Counted from the stretch's first letter, positions 1-10,236 are shown. The stretch: DNA of 30,891 nt from PVC group bacterium (GCA_022560555.1 JADFSZ010000003.1:1-30891), one strand, 5' to 3'. The notes: generated by a model not told the origin, from the sequence alone. Numbers and translations are program-made.

Positions 1-719
1 TGAGTCATATCAACAGCATGCACCATGGTAACATGGGCACTAGTCCGGATAGACTGAACCATATGATCAGCAATAGTACGACGGATTGAATTCATCGGAA
101 CAACTTTTCCAAGACTGGCTAATTCATCCTGACGAATCTGCCCCGTCTCACTTATCACGTCTATGGAAGAAGGCCCAACAGGGCGCCGCGCGAGGAAATT
201 CAGCACATCGTTTCTTGTAATACGTCCGCCCTTTCCCGTTCCCGATATAGATTCAAGCTCGGCCAAACTCACGTTATTATTCATGGCCAATCTTAATACC
301 GCCGGTGAATAATAGTCCCGCGTGATATTAGGAAGATGCGGTTCTGTCAGCGCGCGAAAATTTTTAGCGCTGACCATAACGGCTTCATCATGCGCGCCGG
401 CATGCGGCTGATGAGCGTTTTTTTGCTCAACAGGATGTTTCATGTCGATTTCTTCCACGTGTTCCTTTGTTTCTAACATTCCTATGATTTCTCCGGCACT
501 TGCAACTTCGCCGGCCTGTTTAAGGCAGCTTGCCAATCGACCCGAGTAGGGGCTTTCCACTTCGACACTGGTTTTGTCCGTTTCAATTTCCAAAAGAATT
601 TCATCGGCATTAATTTCTTCACCGACCTTTTTCCTCCAGGCCAATATCACACCCTCGGCCACACTTTGGCCCATTTGCGGCATAACAATGGGGACCTGTA
701 CAGTTTTTTCCGGGCTCAT
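1..719 (-). CDS. Dihydrolipoamide acyltransferase (E2) of a 2-oxoacid dehydrogenase complex; N-terminal part only, 3' end runs off the window
   Basis: Open minus-strand frame from ATG 719-717 to the window edge. It is absent from the ORF track because there is no stop in the window. My translation starts MSPEKTVQVPIVMPQMGQSVAEGVILAWRKKVGEEINADEILLEIETDKTSVEVESP, a lipoyl domain with the ETDK lipoyl-lysine motif. This is followed by SPAVLRLAMNNNVSLAELESISGTGKGGRITRNDV (peripheral subunit-binding domain) and PMNSIRRTIADHM (start of the catalytic domain). It begins 10 bp after the E1 beta stop. Confidence 0.85.
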   Translation of the reverse strand, partial: MSPEKTVQVPIVMPQMGQSVAEGVILAWRKKVGEEINADEILLEIETDKTSVEVESPYSGRLASCLKQAGEVASAGEIIGMLETKEHVEEIDMKHPVEQKNAHQPHAGAHDEAVMVSAKNFRALTEPHLPNITRDYYSPAVLRLAMNNNVSLAELESISGTGKGGRITRNDVLNFLARRPVGPSSIDVISETGQIRQDELASLGKVVPMNSIRRTIADHMVQSIRTSAHVTMVHAVDMT

Positions 720-729
720 AAATCTGTCC

Positions 730-1710
730 TTAGTAGTTAATCAAATCCAATAACGCTTCAGAAATTTTTTCCACACTGGGTCGATAGACCCGTTCCAGCT
801 CCGGAGAAAACGGGACAGGACAATCCGGGGCTGTGATTCTTACGATCGGGGCATCCAGTAAATGGAACGCGTGTTCCGCAACAAGGGCCGCCAGCTCAGC
901 TCCAAACCCTCCCGTTTTCCATGCTTCGTGCACGACCATCACACGATTTGTCGCGGCAACAGCGGAAAGAATCGCATCTATATCATACGGTTTTAACGTC
1001 CGTAAATCAACCACCATCACTTCAAAACCTTCGGCCGAAATTTGCTCCGCGGCATGAAGAGATTCATGCACCATCGCCCCATACGTTAAAATGACGGCAT
1101 CATTACCGGTTCTCCTGATTTGGGCAACCCCGATGGGAACCGCCTCTCCTTTTGGCAGTATAAATTCTTTAATCCGACGGTACAAAAATTTATTCTCCAA
1201 AAATATGACAGGATTCGGATCAAGAACAGCCGAATAAAGGAGACCTCTCGCGTCCGACGGATAGGCCGGATAGACAACTTTAATGCCGGGAATATGACAA
1301 AAGAAATTTTCCAATTCCTCCGAATGAAACGGCCCGCCGCCAAAACCTCCACCGCATGGCGCGCGCACAGTCATTGGAACGGGAATTTTTGTTCGGTAAT
1401 AAGTGGTTCCCGCGTTATTGAGAATTTGATGAAACGCTGTCGTGATAAAATCGACAAACTGGACTTCGACAATAGGCCTTAATCCTTGCATGGCCATACC
1501 AATGGCAGACCCGAGGATGGCTGACTCCGAAATCGGGGTATCAAAAACACGATCCGTACCGTACTTTTCCTGAAGACCGAGCGTCGCCTTAAACGCGCCT
1601 CCAAACGCCCCCACATCTTGTCCATAAACAACAACATCCTTATGATCTTTGAGTAAATGATCAAGACCGGATCGAATGGCATCAATATAAGTCATTTCAG
1701 TCTTCGGCAT
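730..1710 (-). CDS. 2-oxoacid (pyruvate/branched-chain) dehydrogenase E1 component, beta subunit
   Basis: ORF 730..1731. Start moved to ATG 1710 (MPKTEMTYIDAIRSG), which is preceded by AAGGAG. The transketolase-like E1-beta sequence pattern is present (VVYGQDVGAFGGAFKAT, EVQFVDF, VVDLRTLKPYD). It overlaps the E1 alpha stop by 14 nt. Confidence 0.9.
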   Translation of the reverse strand: MPKTEMTYIDAIRSGLDHLLKDHKDVVVYGQDVGAFGGAFKATLGLQEKYGTDRVFDTPISESAILGSAIGMAMQGLRPIVEVQFVDFITTAFHQILNNAGTTYYRTKIPVPMTVRAPCGGGFGGGPFHSEELENFFCHIPGIKVVYPAYPSDARGLLYSAVLDPNPVIFLENKFLYRRIKEFILPKGEAVPIGVAQIRRTGNDAVILTYGAMVHESLHAAEQISAEGFEVMVVDLRTLKPYDIDAILSAVAATNRVMVVHEAWKTGGFGAELAALVAEHAFHLLDAPIVRITAPDCPVPFSPELERVYRPSVEKISEALLDLINY

Positions 1711-2692
1711 AAACTCCTTCAAGCAGATCATCCGGAGATGGCATCGGCTCTGATAAGGCTTTTTTATAAGATTGATTGATTTCGTCCAAGCACTCTTTTT
1801 CGAGTTTTTTCAAATCTTGTTCACAGGCAAAATCATTATTGAGAAGATGTTTTTTTAAAAGATGAATAGGATCTTTTTCCTTATACTTCAGCAATAATTC
1901 TTTCGGCACATAAGAAGCATCATCATGTTCACCGTGTCCCCGCATCCGCATGGTGTCGCACACAAGTAACACAGGCCGGTTATTTTTACGTATTTTCTCT
2001 AAAATTATTTTGATTTGATCATATAATTTTATCACGTCATTCCCATCTACTTCAAGGCCTTCCATCCCATAACCACAGGCTTTCTCAACAAGTGATTGAC
2101 ATCGATATTGGAATTCCTTTGGAGTCGAATAAGCATAGTGATTGTTTTCAATCATAAAAAGGATTGGCACATCAAAGACAGACGCAAAGTTAAGGGCTTC
2201 ATGAAAATCTCCTGTACTGGATGCTCCGTCTCCTATGTAGGCGAACCCCATGGTAGATTTCCCAAGACGCCTTCTTGCCATTACTCCACCCACTAAAACA
2301 GACAGCATCGCTCCCATATGCGAGACCATGGCAAAAACACCCTTATCCATTTCGCCATAGTGGACATTTCCATCGCGACCTCTCGTCGGCCCTGTCACAC
2401 GGCCAAGATATTGTCGAAAAACATCAAGCACCTTCGTACCGCGACCGAGATGAACCGTCACGTTACGAATCGCCGGAGCATAAAGATCATCCGGCGTACC
2501 GATATGAGCGCTCACAGCTCCGATCGCTTCTTGACCAATCCCTGTATACACCCCTCCAAATATTTTCCCTTGATGATACAGGCGAACCAAGCGCTCTTCA
2601 GTTAGACGCCCCAAGAACATTGTCTTGAGAATCCGAAGCCAAATGTTTACAGACGTGTTTGTTTTTATTTTTTTTGTAGCCTGGGAATTCAT
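1697..2692 (-). CDS. 2-oxoacid dehydrogenase E1 component, alpha subunit (TPP-binding)
   Basis: ORF 1697..2809. The N-terminus as drawn overlaps argB, so the likely start is ATG 2692 (MNSQATKK...), 16 nt after the argB stop. A TPP-binding motif is present: GDGASSTGDFHEALNFASVFDVPILFMIENNHYA. Confidence 0.88.
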   Translation of the reverse strand: MNSQATKKIKTNTSVNIWLRILKTMFLGRLTEERLVRLYHQGKIFGGVYTGIGQEAIGAVSAHIGTPDDLYAPAIRNVTVHLGRGTKVLDVFRQYLGRVTGPTRGRDGNVHYGEMDKGVFAMVSHMGAMLSVLVGGVMARRRLGKSTMGFAYIGDGASSTGDFHEALNFASVFDVPILFMIENNHYAYSTPKEFQYRCQSLVEKACGYGMEGLEVDGNDVIKLYDQIKIILEKIRKNNRPVLLVCDTMRMRGHGEHDDASYVPKELLLKYKEKDPIHLLKKHLLNNDFACEQDLKKLEKECLDEINQSYKKALSEPMPSPDDLLEGVYAED

Positions 2693-2708
2693 ATTGAACC
2701 AAGAAATA

Positions 2709-3608
2709 TCAGTTAACAATTTCCGTACCGACACCACAATCCGTAAATATTTCAAGAAGGATGCCATGAAGAAGCCGGCCGTCAATAATATGAGCTTTGT
2801 TGACTCCACCCATCAAGGCTTTTCTACAAGCATTGACTTTCGGAATCATCCCTTCAATAATAATTTTATTCTCGATCATCTCATCAATTTGGCTCATTTC
2901 AATAGTGGAAATCAGATTCTCCTCATGTTTTTCCGTGTGATGAAAATCTTTAATAATTCCGCGCACGTTTGTCAGGAGAACCAACTTTTCTGCTTTTAGG
3001 GCCGAAGAAATGGCCCCTGCCATGGAATCCCCGTTGACATTATAGATATCCCCTTTTTCGTCGATACCTAAAGGAGAAATAATCGGGATGGTTCCTTCCC
3101 GGCACAGATCCAAAATCGGACGAGCGTCCACATGATCAATTTCACCGACAAAACCGATATCTTTTTTTTCCTCTTTACCTATTGATGATTTTACGATTGG
3201 ATAAAATTTTCGAACAATCAGAAATTTCTCCGTATGAATATTCATTTCCCGGGCTTTGGCCCCTTGGGCGGAAATCCGCCGGACGATGTCCGCGCCGATG
3301 GTATTTATGAGAACATCTTCAACAATTTTAATCGTTTGTTCATCCGTTACACGAAGCCCGGAGATGAATTGAGGTTTGAGCCCCCGGCTTTTCATTTCCT
3401 CCGTGATCGCCTTCCCTCCGCCGTGAATGAGAATTGGATGCAGCCCTACTAAGCGTAAAAACACGATATCCGTTAAGACAGAATTCATCATGTCCTCTTC
3501 GCCCATGGTGCTGCCGCCGTATTTCACAACAATGAGTTTACCCTGAAACCGCTTGATATAAGGCAAAGCTTCAATCAGAACAGCTGCTTTTTCAATGACT
3601 TTTTCCAC
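2709..3608 (-). CDS. argB: Acetylglutamate kinase
   Basis: 299-aa ORF with the amino-acid kinase fold signature (KLIVVKYGGSTM, HGGG, NVNGDSMAG). It lies within an argC-argJ-argB gene order. Confidence 0.92.
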   Translation of the reverse strand: MEKVIEKAAVLIEALPYIKRFQGKLIVVKYGGSTMGEEDMMNSVLTDIVFLRLVGLHPILIHGGGKAITEEMKSRGLKPQFISGLRVTDEQTIKIVEDVLINTIGADIVRRISAQGAKAREMNIHTEKFLIVRKFYPIVKSSIGKEEKKDIGFVGEIDHVDARPILDLCREGTIPIISPLGIDEKGDIYNVNGDSMAGAISSALKAEKLVLLTNVRGIIKDFHHTEKHEENLISTIEMSQIDEMIENKIIIEGMIPKVNACRKALMGGVNKAHIIDGRLLHGILLEIFTDCGVGTEIVN

Positions 3609-3614
3609 GAAATG

Positions 3615-4823
3615 TTAACTCCTATAGTTTGCGTTGATTCGGATATATTCATGAGTTAGATCCGAAGTCCACATTTTGGATTCGGCTTGGCCCTGATTGA
3701 TGACCACACGAATTTGAAATTCTTTCTTGGACATAACCTTTTTGGCCCTGCTTTGGCTCCCCGGCATCTCGACACCTTTTTTGACAACACAGACCTTGTC
3801 AAAATATATAGCCAGTCTGTTTTTATGAAACGGGGTTTTGACAGATCCCATAGCCGCGATAATCCTCCCCCAGTTTGGATCTTCGCCATAGAGGGATGTT
3901 TTGACTAATGCTGACGTAGAAATGGCTTCCGCGTATTTTTTTGCCGTTGATTCGGACTTTGCTTTTTGGAGCAAAACTTCAACGCATTTTGTGGCCCCTT
4001 CGCCGTCCCGGACAATATCCTGCGCGAACTCTTCCATAAGCATGGTCAAAGCACGCTCAAATTTTCGAAAATGCTTGTCTTCGCGCCGAAGGTTCGGATG
4101 TGTCACACAGCCGTTGGCGAGAAGCAGAACCGTATCGTTCGTACTTTCATCTCCATCGACAGTGATAGCATTAAATGATTTTTGATTCGCCCGCTTCAAT
4201 GCTTTATTCAGTAATGGGGTGCTAATGTGGACATCCGTTGTTAAGACCGCAATCATTGTGGCCATATTCGGATGAATCATCCCGGCCCCTTTAGCCATCC
4301 CGCCGATCGTTACGGTTTTGGTCCCGAGAGAAAACCTTACCGCACGCTCTTTATGAACTTTGTCAGTGGTCATGATGGCTTGAGACGCACGTGTGCCGTG
4401 CTTGCGGGATAAGCGAAGTAATTTTAATCCCTGATAAATTTTTTTCATCGGAAGTCGGACTCCGATCACACCGGTGGAACAGACAGCCACGGTTGATGTC
4501 GGAATACCCAACAGCTCTCCCGCAGCACAAGCTGTATCTTTTGGACTTTGCACACCGTGGGATCCGGTGCAGGCATTGGCATTGCCGCTATTGATGATCA
4601 CGGCTCCGAGAGTGCCGTTTTTGATGGCCTTTTTTGTATAATCTACACACGCCGCCCGGCAGAAATTCTTCGTAAAAACTCCGGCCGCATTTGCTTTAGT
4701 GGGTGTATAGACCAAGGCCAGATCCCGTTTGCCTTTTTTCTTAATGCCGCAGGATACCCCATCAGCCAGAAAACCTTTCGGACTTGTAACACCTCCCCGC
4801 ATTAAATGGATTTCTTGATTCAT
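3615..4823 (-). CDS. argJ: Bifunctional ornithine acetyltransferase / N-acetylglutamate synthase
   Basis: 402-aa ORF with the typical ArgJ N-terminus (GVTSPKGF, GIKKKGKRDLALV) and the autoprocessing-site region (HPNMATMIAVLTTD, cleavage before the Thr of ATM). ATGA overlap with the argC stop. Confidence 0.92.
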   Translation of the reverse strand: MNQEIHLMRGGVTSPKGFLADGVSCGIKKKGKRDLALVYTPTKANAAGVFTKNFCRAACVDYTKKAIKNGTLGAVIINSGNANACTGSHGVQSPKDTACAAGELLGIPTSTVAVCSTGVIGVRLPMKKIYQGLKLLRLSRKHGTRASQAIMTTDKVHKERAVRFSLGTKTVTIGGMAKGAGMIHPNMATMIAVLTTDVHISTPLLNKALKRANQKSFNAITVDGDESTNDTVLLLANGCVTHPNLRREDKHFRKFERALTMLMEEFAQDIVRDGEGATKCVEVLLQKAKSESTAKKYAEAISTSALVKTSLYGEDPNWGRIIAAMGSVKTPFHKNRLAIYFDKVCVVKKGVEMPGSQSRAKKVMSKKEFQIRVVINQGQAESKMWTSDLTHEYIRINANYRS

Positions 4824-5848
4824 GGCACCAAGGCTTCTTTTTGATCTATATTATAAAGGAGGTTCATGTTTTGGACGGCCTGACCGGCAGCCCCTTTGAC
4901 AAGATTGTCAATAGCCGAAACAATAACGATCACATTGTCTTCAATGGTAAAACCAATATCGCAAAAATTGGTATGAGCCACATGCCGGACTTCCGGCCAT
5001 GTGTTCCGGGCACACAGACGAACAAACGGAGCCTCCCGGTAGTGTTTCCGGTAGGATGCCAAAAGGGCGTCATAAGAAGTTTTTTTATCGGTAAAAGCAT
5101 AGATGGTGCTCAAGAGACCCCGGTGAATGGGAATTAAATGCGGCACGAATTTGAGTTGGATTGAGGCTTGTGTGAAGGCTTGTGCTGTGTGAACGATTTC
5201 CGGCGCGTGTGGATGTTCGAGCACTTTATAGGCTTTTATGGATTCATTCACTTCCGAAAAGTGAAGGGCTTGCGTAGGATTGCGTCCGGCACCGCTCACC
5301 CCGCTTTTGGAATCGGCCAAGATGGGTTGTTGAAGATCAATGATCCCGTCGGCAAGCAAAGGCAAGATGGCTAAAAGAATGCTTGTCGGATAACAACCCG
5401 GATTCGCGATAAGTTCGGCTTTGGCTATTTTGTCCGCATTCCATTCCGCGAGACCATACACGGCTTTGCCCAGATTGTCCGCATCCAAATGTGCCATACC
5501 GGTCAATGATTGAAAGCGTTTAAGATCAGGCAGACGATAATCCGATGAAAGATCAATAACCTTGATGCCCTTTTTCAAAAACTGTCCTGCATAGCTCATT
5601 GAGATTTTGTGCGGCAGAGCCAAGAACACTAAATCACAGGCCTGGGCCATTTTATCCACATTGATTTCGTTTTGCACAACAAGATCGGTAAGCCCCTTAA
5701 ATTGCCCAAAAAGGTCACTTACTGGTGTCGGAGATGTGATTTTTTTTGCCGTGAGCCATGTCACCTCACATTTCGGATGGCCTAATAAGATGCTTAATAT
5801 TTCACATCCCGTGTAGCCGCTTACTCCTATTATACCTGCACGTATCAT
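4820..5848 (-). CDS. argC: N-acetyl-gamma-glutamyl-phosphate reductase
   Basis: ORF 4820..5890. Start moved to ATG 5848 (MIRAGIIGVSGYTG, a Rossmann GxxGxxG motif) because a strong promoter at 5890-5918 lies inside the longer ORF. The active-site region GCYPTS is present. Confidence 0.9.
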   Translation of the reverse strand: MIRAGIIGVSGYTGCEILSILLGHPKCEVTWLTAKKITSPTPVSDLFGQFKGLTDLVVQNEINVDKMAQACDLVFLALPHKISMSYAGQFLKKGIKVIDLSSDYRLPDLKRFQSLTGMAHLDADNLGKAVYGLAEWNADKIAKAELIANPGCYPTSILLAILPLLADGIIDLQQPILADSKSGVSGAGRNPTQALHFSEVNESIKAYKVLEHPHAPEIVHTAQAFTQASIQLKFVPHLIPIHRGLLSTIYAFTDKKTSYDALLASYRKHYREAPFVRLCARNTWPEVRHVAHTNFCDIGFTIEDNVIVIVSAIDNLVKGAAGQAVQNMNLLYNIDQKEALVP

Positions 5849-5889
5849 ATATATACCTAATTCTAATGGGGTTATAAGATCGAAGGACA

Positions 5890-5918
5890 AGTATAAAATA
5901 GGTCGTAAGAAAAGTCAA
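5890..5918 (-). promoter_or_regulatory. Sigma-70-type promoter of the arg operon (TTGACT-17 nt-TATACT on the minus strand)
   Basis: The minus strand reads TTGACT (5918-5913), a 17-nt spacer, then TATACT (5895-5890). The predicted TSS is near 5882, about 35 nt upstream of the argC ATG at 5848. Confidence 0.6.
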
Positions 5919-5937
5919 TTTAAATACTTGGAGCTAT

Positions 5938-7737
5938 TTAGGAGGTACTGAGAGGCTGATAGAGCTCTTGGAGCTTATGAATAAGCCCCTGAAAATGCGT
6001 CATGGCGCATTCTATAGGAGCCGGGCTCAACAGATCCACCCCAACAGCAAGGAGAATATCCAAAGAATGCTGAGAGGCCCCCAGGCCAAGCATCCTGATA
6101 TAAGCTTCACAGGACGATGTATCATCTTTGATGAGCCGCCCGGAAATGTCGATGGCGGCCGAAATACCTGTCGCGTATTTGTAAACGTAAAAATTGTAGT
6201 AAAAATGAGGAATCCGCGCCCATTCCATCCGGATTTCTTGATCCAAAACAACCCGGGGACCAAAATAATCTTTATTAAGCTGTTCGTAAGAATTTTTGAG
6301 AAATTCAACGTCCAGAGGGCGCCCTTTTTCAACCGCTTCATGAATGAATTGTTCAAATTCAGCAAACATAGTTTGGCGGACAAGCGTTGCGCGCAAATCA
6401 TCCATTTGCTGACTCAACAAATAAATTTTCTCTTCATGTTGATCGGCATGTTTCATAAACCAGTGAGCTAAAAGTTGTTCATTAACGGTGGAGGCGATTT
6501 CGGCTATAAAAATCGAATACTGCGCATACTGGGGAGGTTGATGACGCGTCGAATATAATTTATGCATGGAGTGCCCCAGCTCATGTGCCAGCGTAAAAAC
6601 AGACCGGATTGTTCCGTCCCAATTCATAAGAATGTAGGGATCGCTATCATAACATCCGGACGAATACGCCCCGCTTCTTTTGTTGAGACTTTCATATTTA
6701 TCGACCCATCTCCTCCGGATACCCGCACGCATTTCTTTGACGTACTCATCCCCAAGAGGCCTAAGAGCATCAGCGATACATTCCACGGCCTCATCAAATT
6801 CAAACGTCTTCTGATAGTTGTTTGTCAACGGCACATGGGTGTCGTACACATGAATGTCATCCAGATTGAGAAACTTTTTTTTAAGATCAAAATACTGATG
6901 ATTGATTTCGATGTGATTGCGAACCGAGCGAATAAGATTTGAGTAAACTTCTTGGGGAATATTATCAGAAAATAAAGAACTTTTGAGCGAACTTGAAAAA
7001 TTCCTCGCTTTGGCTAAAGCGCTATGATTCAAAACACATCCTTGTAAAAGAGATGCATATGTCAGTTTTAATTTTTCGAATTGTCCTAAATATGATTGAT
7101 AAGCGCGTTTTCGCACCTCTCTGTTCAGGCTTGTCAGATGAACGTGATAGAGGCCGTGAGAAACTTCTTTTTTTGTCCCATCCGGCATTTCAAGGTCGGG
7201 AAATTTCATATCCCCATCGTGCAAGACGTCAAATGTTTGAGATGCGACTCTGAACGCCGGGCCCAGCAGAGCCAAAAGCTCTTCTTCGGACGAGCCCAAA
7301 ATATGCGGTTTGTATCGGACAATTTCTTCGAGACAAAAACGGTACTCAGCAAGCGTCCGGCTTTCAAGATAACTTTTCAGTCTTTCTGAGTCTAGAGCTT
7401 TTAATTCCGGCGTAATAAATGACGAAAGACGTCCATATTCTTCATAGAGAAAAAGGCCTCGGTCAACCATACCCTTACAAACAGCATCTTCGGTATTTTC
7501 ATCATGCCTCAAATGAGCATATACGTAAATCGTGTTAAGTTTTCTTTCGATCCGGTATTTCTCATCAAACAGCTTTTGAACAATCGAAGAGCCCTCTTTC
7601 AGACGGCCGCGAAATTTTTGGATCGATTGAATTTCCTTTTTCGCGTCCGTTAAATCACGCTCCCATTCCGGGATTCCCGGATACATCCGGTCAATCTGCC
7701 ATCGATCACACGCGGGAATCTCACTTCTTTTTTTCAT
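5938..7737 (-). CDS. pepF: Oligoendopeptidase F (M3B zinc metallopeptidase)
   Basis: 599-aa ORF with the HELGH zinc motif (FTLAHELGHSMH) and a downstream E (IAEIAST). Length and layout are typical of PepF. Confidence 0.85.
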   Translation of the reverse strand: MKKRSEIPACDRWQIDRMYPGIPEWERDLTDAKKEIQSIQKFRGRLKEGSSIVQKLFDEKYRIERKLNTIYVYAHLRHDENTEDAVCKGMVDRGLFLYEEYGRLSSFITPELKALDSERLKSYLESRTLAEYRFCLEEIVRYKPHILGSSEEELLALLGPAFRVASQTFDVLHDGDMKFPDLEMPDGTKKEVSHGLYHVHLTSLNREVRKRAYQSYLGQFEKLKLTYASLLQGCVLNHSALAKARNFSSSLKSSLFSDNIPQEVYSNLIRSVRNHIEINHQYFDLKKKFLNLDDIHVYDTHVPLTNNYQKTFEFDEAVECIADALRPLGDEYVKEMRAGIRRRWVDKYESLNKRSGAYSSGCYDSDPYILMNWDGTIRSVFTLAHELGHSMHKLYSTRHQPPQYAQYSIFIAEIASTVNEQLLAHWFMKHADQHEEKIYLLSQQMDDLRATLVRQTMFAEFEQFIHEAVEKGRPLDVEFLKNSYEQLNKDYFGPRVVLDQEIRMEWARIPHFYYNFYVYKYATGISAAIDISGRLIKDDTSSCEAYIRMLGLGASQHSLDILLAVGVDLLSPAPIECAMTHFQGLIHKLQELYQPLSTS

Positions 7738-7823
7738 TCCAATGCCTTTCTTCTCAAAAATTAAGGACCATTATATTAACAGATGTCTTCGGCCCCTACA
7801 ACAATTGACTTTGAGCACCGGGT

Positions 7824-8543
7824 ATGCTAAAAGTGATCAATTCGTCCCATGCATTAAACATCGTTATGAATAAAAACGACACACAGATTATGACGGTCCC
7901 TAGGAAACTCTTGTTTCGGCAGGGATCATTCGAAGGCTTTTGCCCGGCTCAGGATTTTAACTATCTTGATTTGATTTTAAATCACTACACGTGGAGCCGC
8001 CGCGGAGATGCCGAGAATGATCCTGAACAAAAACAGCCGATCGGATACGCGATCATCGTACAAGAAGAAACAAATAAAATTTTCGTCTACCAACGAGCCC
8101 CTGATCAAGCTTATGATGAAAAAAGGCTCCGCGGAAAATGGTCATGGGGCATTGGCGGACATATTGATTTAACGAAAGAAATCCCGAAAAATCCCGTGCT
8201 CGAAAATCTCATGCGCGAAATTAACGAAGAAATTCATTTACAAGGCCCGATCAAACCGTATCTTTTGGGATATATCAATGAGGATCAAACAGATGTTGGC
8301 CGTGTGCATTTTGGCGTTTTATATATCATGAGGACTTCCTCAACCACCATTTCACCAAAAGACCCTGAGATACACGATGGAAAATTCATGACTCTCGCTG
8401 AGGCTGAGGAGACCTTGGCTAACCCGTCGGTGTGTGTCGAGTCCTGGTCGCAAATAGCCCTAGCGCCCTGCCGGGATTTTCTCACGTCCCAAGGCCCATT
8501 GTCAAAAAAACCTCCCGGAAGGTCTGCCTGCAAATCTCTTTGA
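7824..8543 (+). CDS. Nudix-like hydrolase domain protein (divergent Nudix box); start uncertain
   Basis: GIGGHIDLTKEIPKNPVLENLMREINEEIHL resembles a Nudix box (REUXEE present) with an insertion in the loop. Alternative starts at 7866 and 7890. No clear SD for any of them. Confidence 0.5.
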   Translation: MLKVINSSHALNIVMNKNDTQIMTVPRKLLFRQGSFEGFCPAQDFNYLDLILNHYTWSRRGDAENDPEQKQPIGYAIIVQEETNKIFVYQRAPDQAYDEKRLRGKWSWGIGGHIDLTKEIPKNPVLENLMREINEEIHLQGPIKPYLLGYINEDQTDVGRVHFGVLYIMRTSSTTISPKDPEIHDGKFMTLAEAEETLANPSVCVESWSQIALAPCRDFLTSQGPLSKKPPGRSACKSL

Positions 8544-8646
8544 CATAAAGTCGCTATGTATGATAAAGTTATGTCGATTGACAGACTGAACAGTTTTAAT
8601 CTGTTTTGCCATTTCATCCATGAAACTTTGATAGGAGTTTTGTTGT

Positions 8647-10236
8647 ATGAACATGGGATTACTTGTCAAAAACGGCCCGAACAAGGGCGCTCATTATCCT
8701 CTCAACGACACCCAACCCGTTGCAGGGACCAATTTCGCCATCAACGACGGCATCACAACCATCGGCCGCGGCATTGAAAGTGATATTCAGGTAAATGATG
8801 CCAAGGTTTCCCGTCAACATTGTCAGATCATTAAAGACAAAAATAATTATTTGATCCGCGATCTGAATAGCCGCAACCATATTAAAATCAATGAAAAAGT
8901 CATTACAGAAACGACTCTCCATGTTGGCGACGAAATCACACTTGGGGATACCATTTTAGTGTTCAGCCCCCGCACAAACATTCCTGATGACAAAAAATTT
9001 CAAAAAACCGATGGCAATCTGAATGAAATCCTCCATTCGAGCACAGTTAAAATCGCGCTTAAAGACAGTGACGCCGTCTTTGATACTAAGATTATTAAAG
9101 AAGATTTTGCCAAATATAAGAAGGCCCATGAAAGCCTTTTGACTCTGTACAAAGTCGGCAACATTATTAATTCGATTCGCGATATGAGGGAGCTTTTTTC
9201 TTCAATTCTTGAAGTTTTGTTTGAGGTCGTTAACCCGGATCGCTGCGTACTAATGACCTATGATGAAGAAACGAAGGAAATGGTGCCTCAGGCCGTTAAA
9301 AGGAAGAATGAACCCGTTAAAGAGGACGAAAAACTCCCGATCAGCCGGACATTGATCTCTTACATCACTAAAAATAAAGAAGCCATTCTTTCGAGCGACG
9401 CCATGGATGACACACGATTCCGGGGCAAAGAATCTATCGCAAAATTATCCATTCGCTCCATTATGTGCGCCCCGATTACAAGCAAGGAACGGCTCATCGG
9501 TCTCATCTATGTGGATTGTGATCAGGCCACGCATCAATTTGAAGACCATGACCTTCAATTGCTTCTGGCTATCGCCGGTCAAGCCGGGATCGCGATTGAA
9601 AACTCCAAACTTTTTGAAGATTTACATTCTCTTTTTCTTGATACCATCAAAACACTCGTAGCGATGATTGACGCGAAGGATCAATACACGCGGGGGCATT
9701 CCGAGAGAGTATGCGCGATCAGCCTTCTTATTGCCGATGAGTTGAATATCAACAAAATCGAAAAGGAAACTTTGCGCCTCGCGGCCATCCTCCATGATAT
9801 CGGAAAAATATGGATTCCCGAAGAGATTCTTAATAAGGCCTCGACGTTAACGGCAGAGGAGCTTGAAAATATCCGAAAACACCCTGAAACGGGAGCAAAA
9901 ATCATCGGAAACATTAAAAATCTTGAAGAGGTTGTTTACGGGGTTCGTCATCATCATGAACGCTTCGACGGGAAAGGATATCCGGACGGCTTATCAGGAA
10001 AACAGATCCCGCTTATGGCGCGCATCTTATGTGTCGCGGATTCTTTTGATGCCATGATTTCCAATCGGCCCTATCGAGATGCGCATGGTCGAGAGAAAGC
10101 TATAAGCGAATTAAAAAACGGATCCGGAACCCAATTTGATCCCGAAATTGTCGAAGCTTTTCTAAAAGCCGCTAAAAAAGCCTCGTTTATTTTTTCCGAA
10201 TTTGATATTGGAGAATCGGAATCAAAGAAGTCATGA
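8647..10236 (+). CDS. FHA-GAF-HD-GYP domain protein (predicted c-di-GMP phosphodiesterase)
   Basis: The N-terminal FHA pattern is TIGRGIESDIQVNDAKVSRQHCQI...IRDLNSRNHIKINEKV. The central region is GAF-like. The C-terminal HD-GYP domain has intact motifs (HSERV, ILHDIGK, HHHERFDGKGYPDGL, VADSFDAM). GGAG lies 11 nt upstream of the ATG. Confidence 0.85.
   Translation: MNMGLLVKNGPNKGAHYPLNDTQPVAGTNFAINDGITTIGRGIESDIQVNDAKVSRQHCQIIKDKNNYLIRDLNSRNHIKINEKVITETTLHVGDEITLGDTILVFSPRTNIPDDKKFQKTDGNLNEILHSSTVKIALKDSDAVFDTKIIKEDFAKYKKAHESLLTLYKVGNIINSIRDMRELFSSILEVLFEVVNPDRCVLMTYDEETKEMVPQAVKRKNEPVKEDEKLPISRTLISYITKNKEAILSSDAMDDTRFRGKESIAKLSIRSIMCAPITSKERLIGLIYVDCDQATHQFEDHDLQLLLAIAGQAGIAIENSKLFEDLHSLFLDTIKTLVAMIDAKDQYTRGHSERVCAISLLIADELNINKIEKETLRLAAILHDIGKIWIPEEILNKASTLTAEELENIRKHPETGAKIIGNIKNLEEVVYGVRHHHERFDGKGYPDGLSGKQIPLMARILCVADSFDAMISNRPYRDAHGREKAISELKNGSGTQFDPEIVEAFLKAAKKASFIFSEFDIGESESKKS

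Noticed and set aside
5968-6471. Long antisense ORFs opposite well-supported genes, for example 5968..6471+ against pepF, 20946..21527+ against the NtrC-family gene, and 1120..1482+, 2275..2628+ and 2625..2999+.
   Set aside because: These are shadow ORFs with low-complexity or Arg/Ser-rich translations and no recognisable motifs. They lie entirely within strongly supported genes on the other strand.
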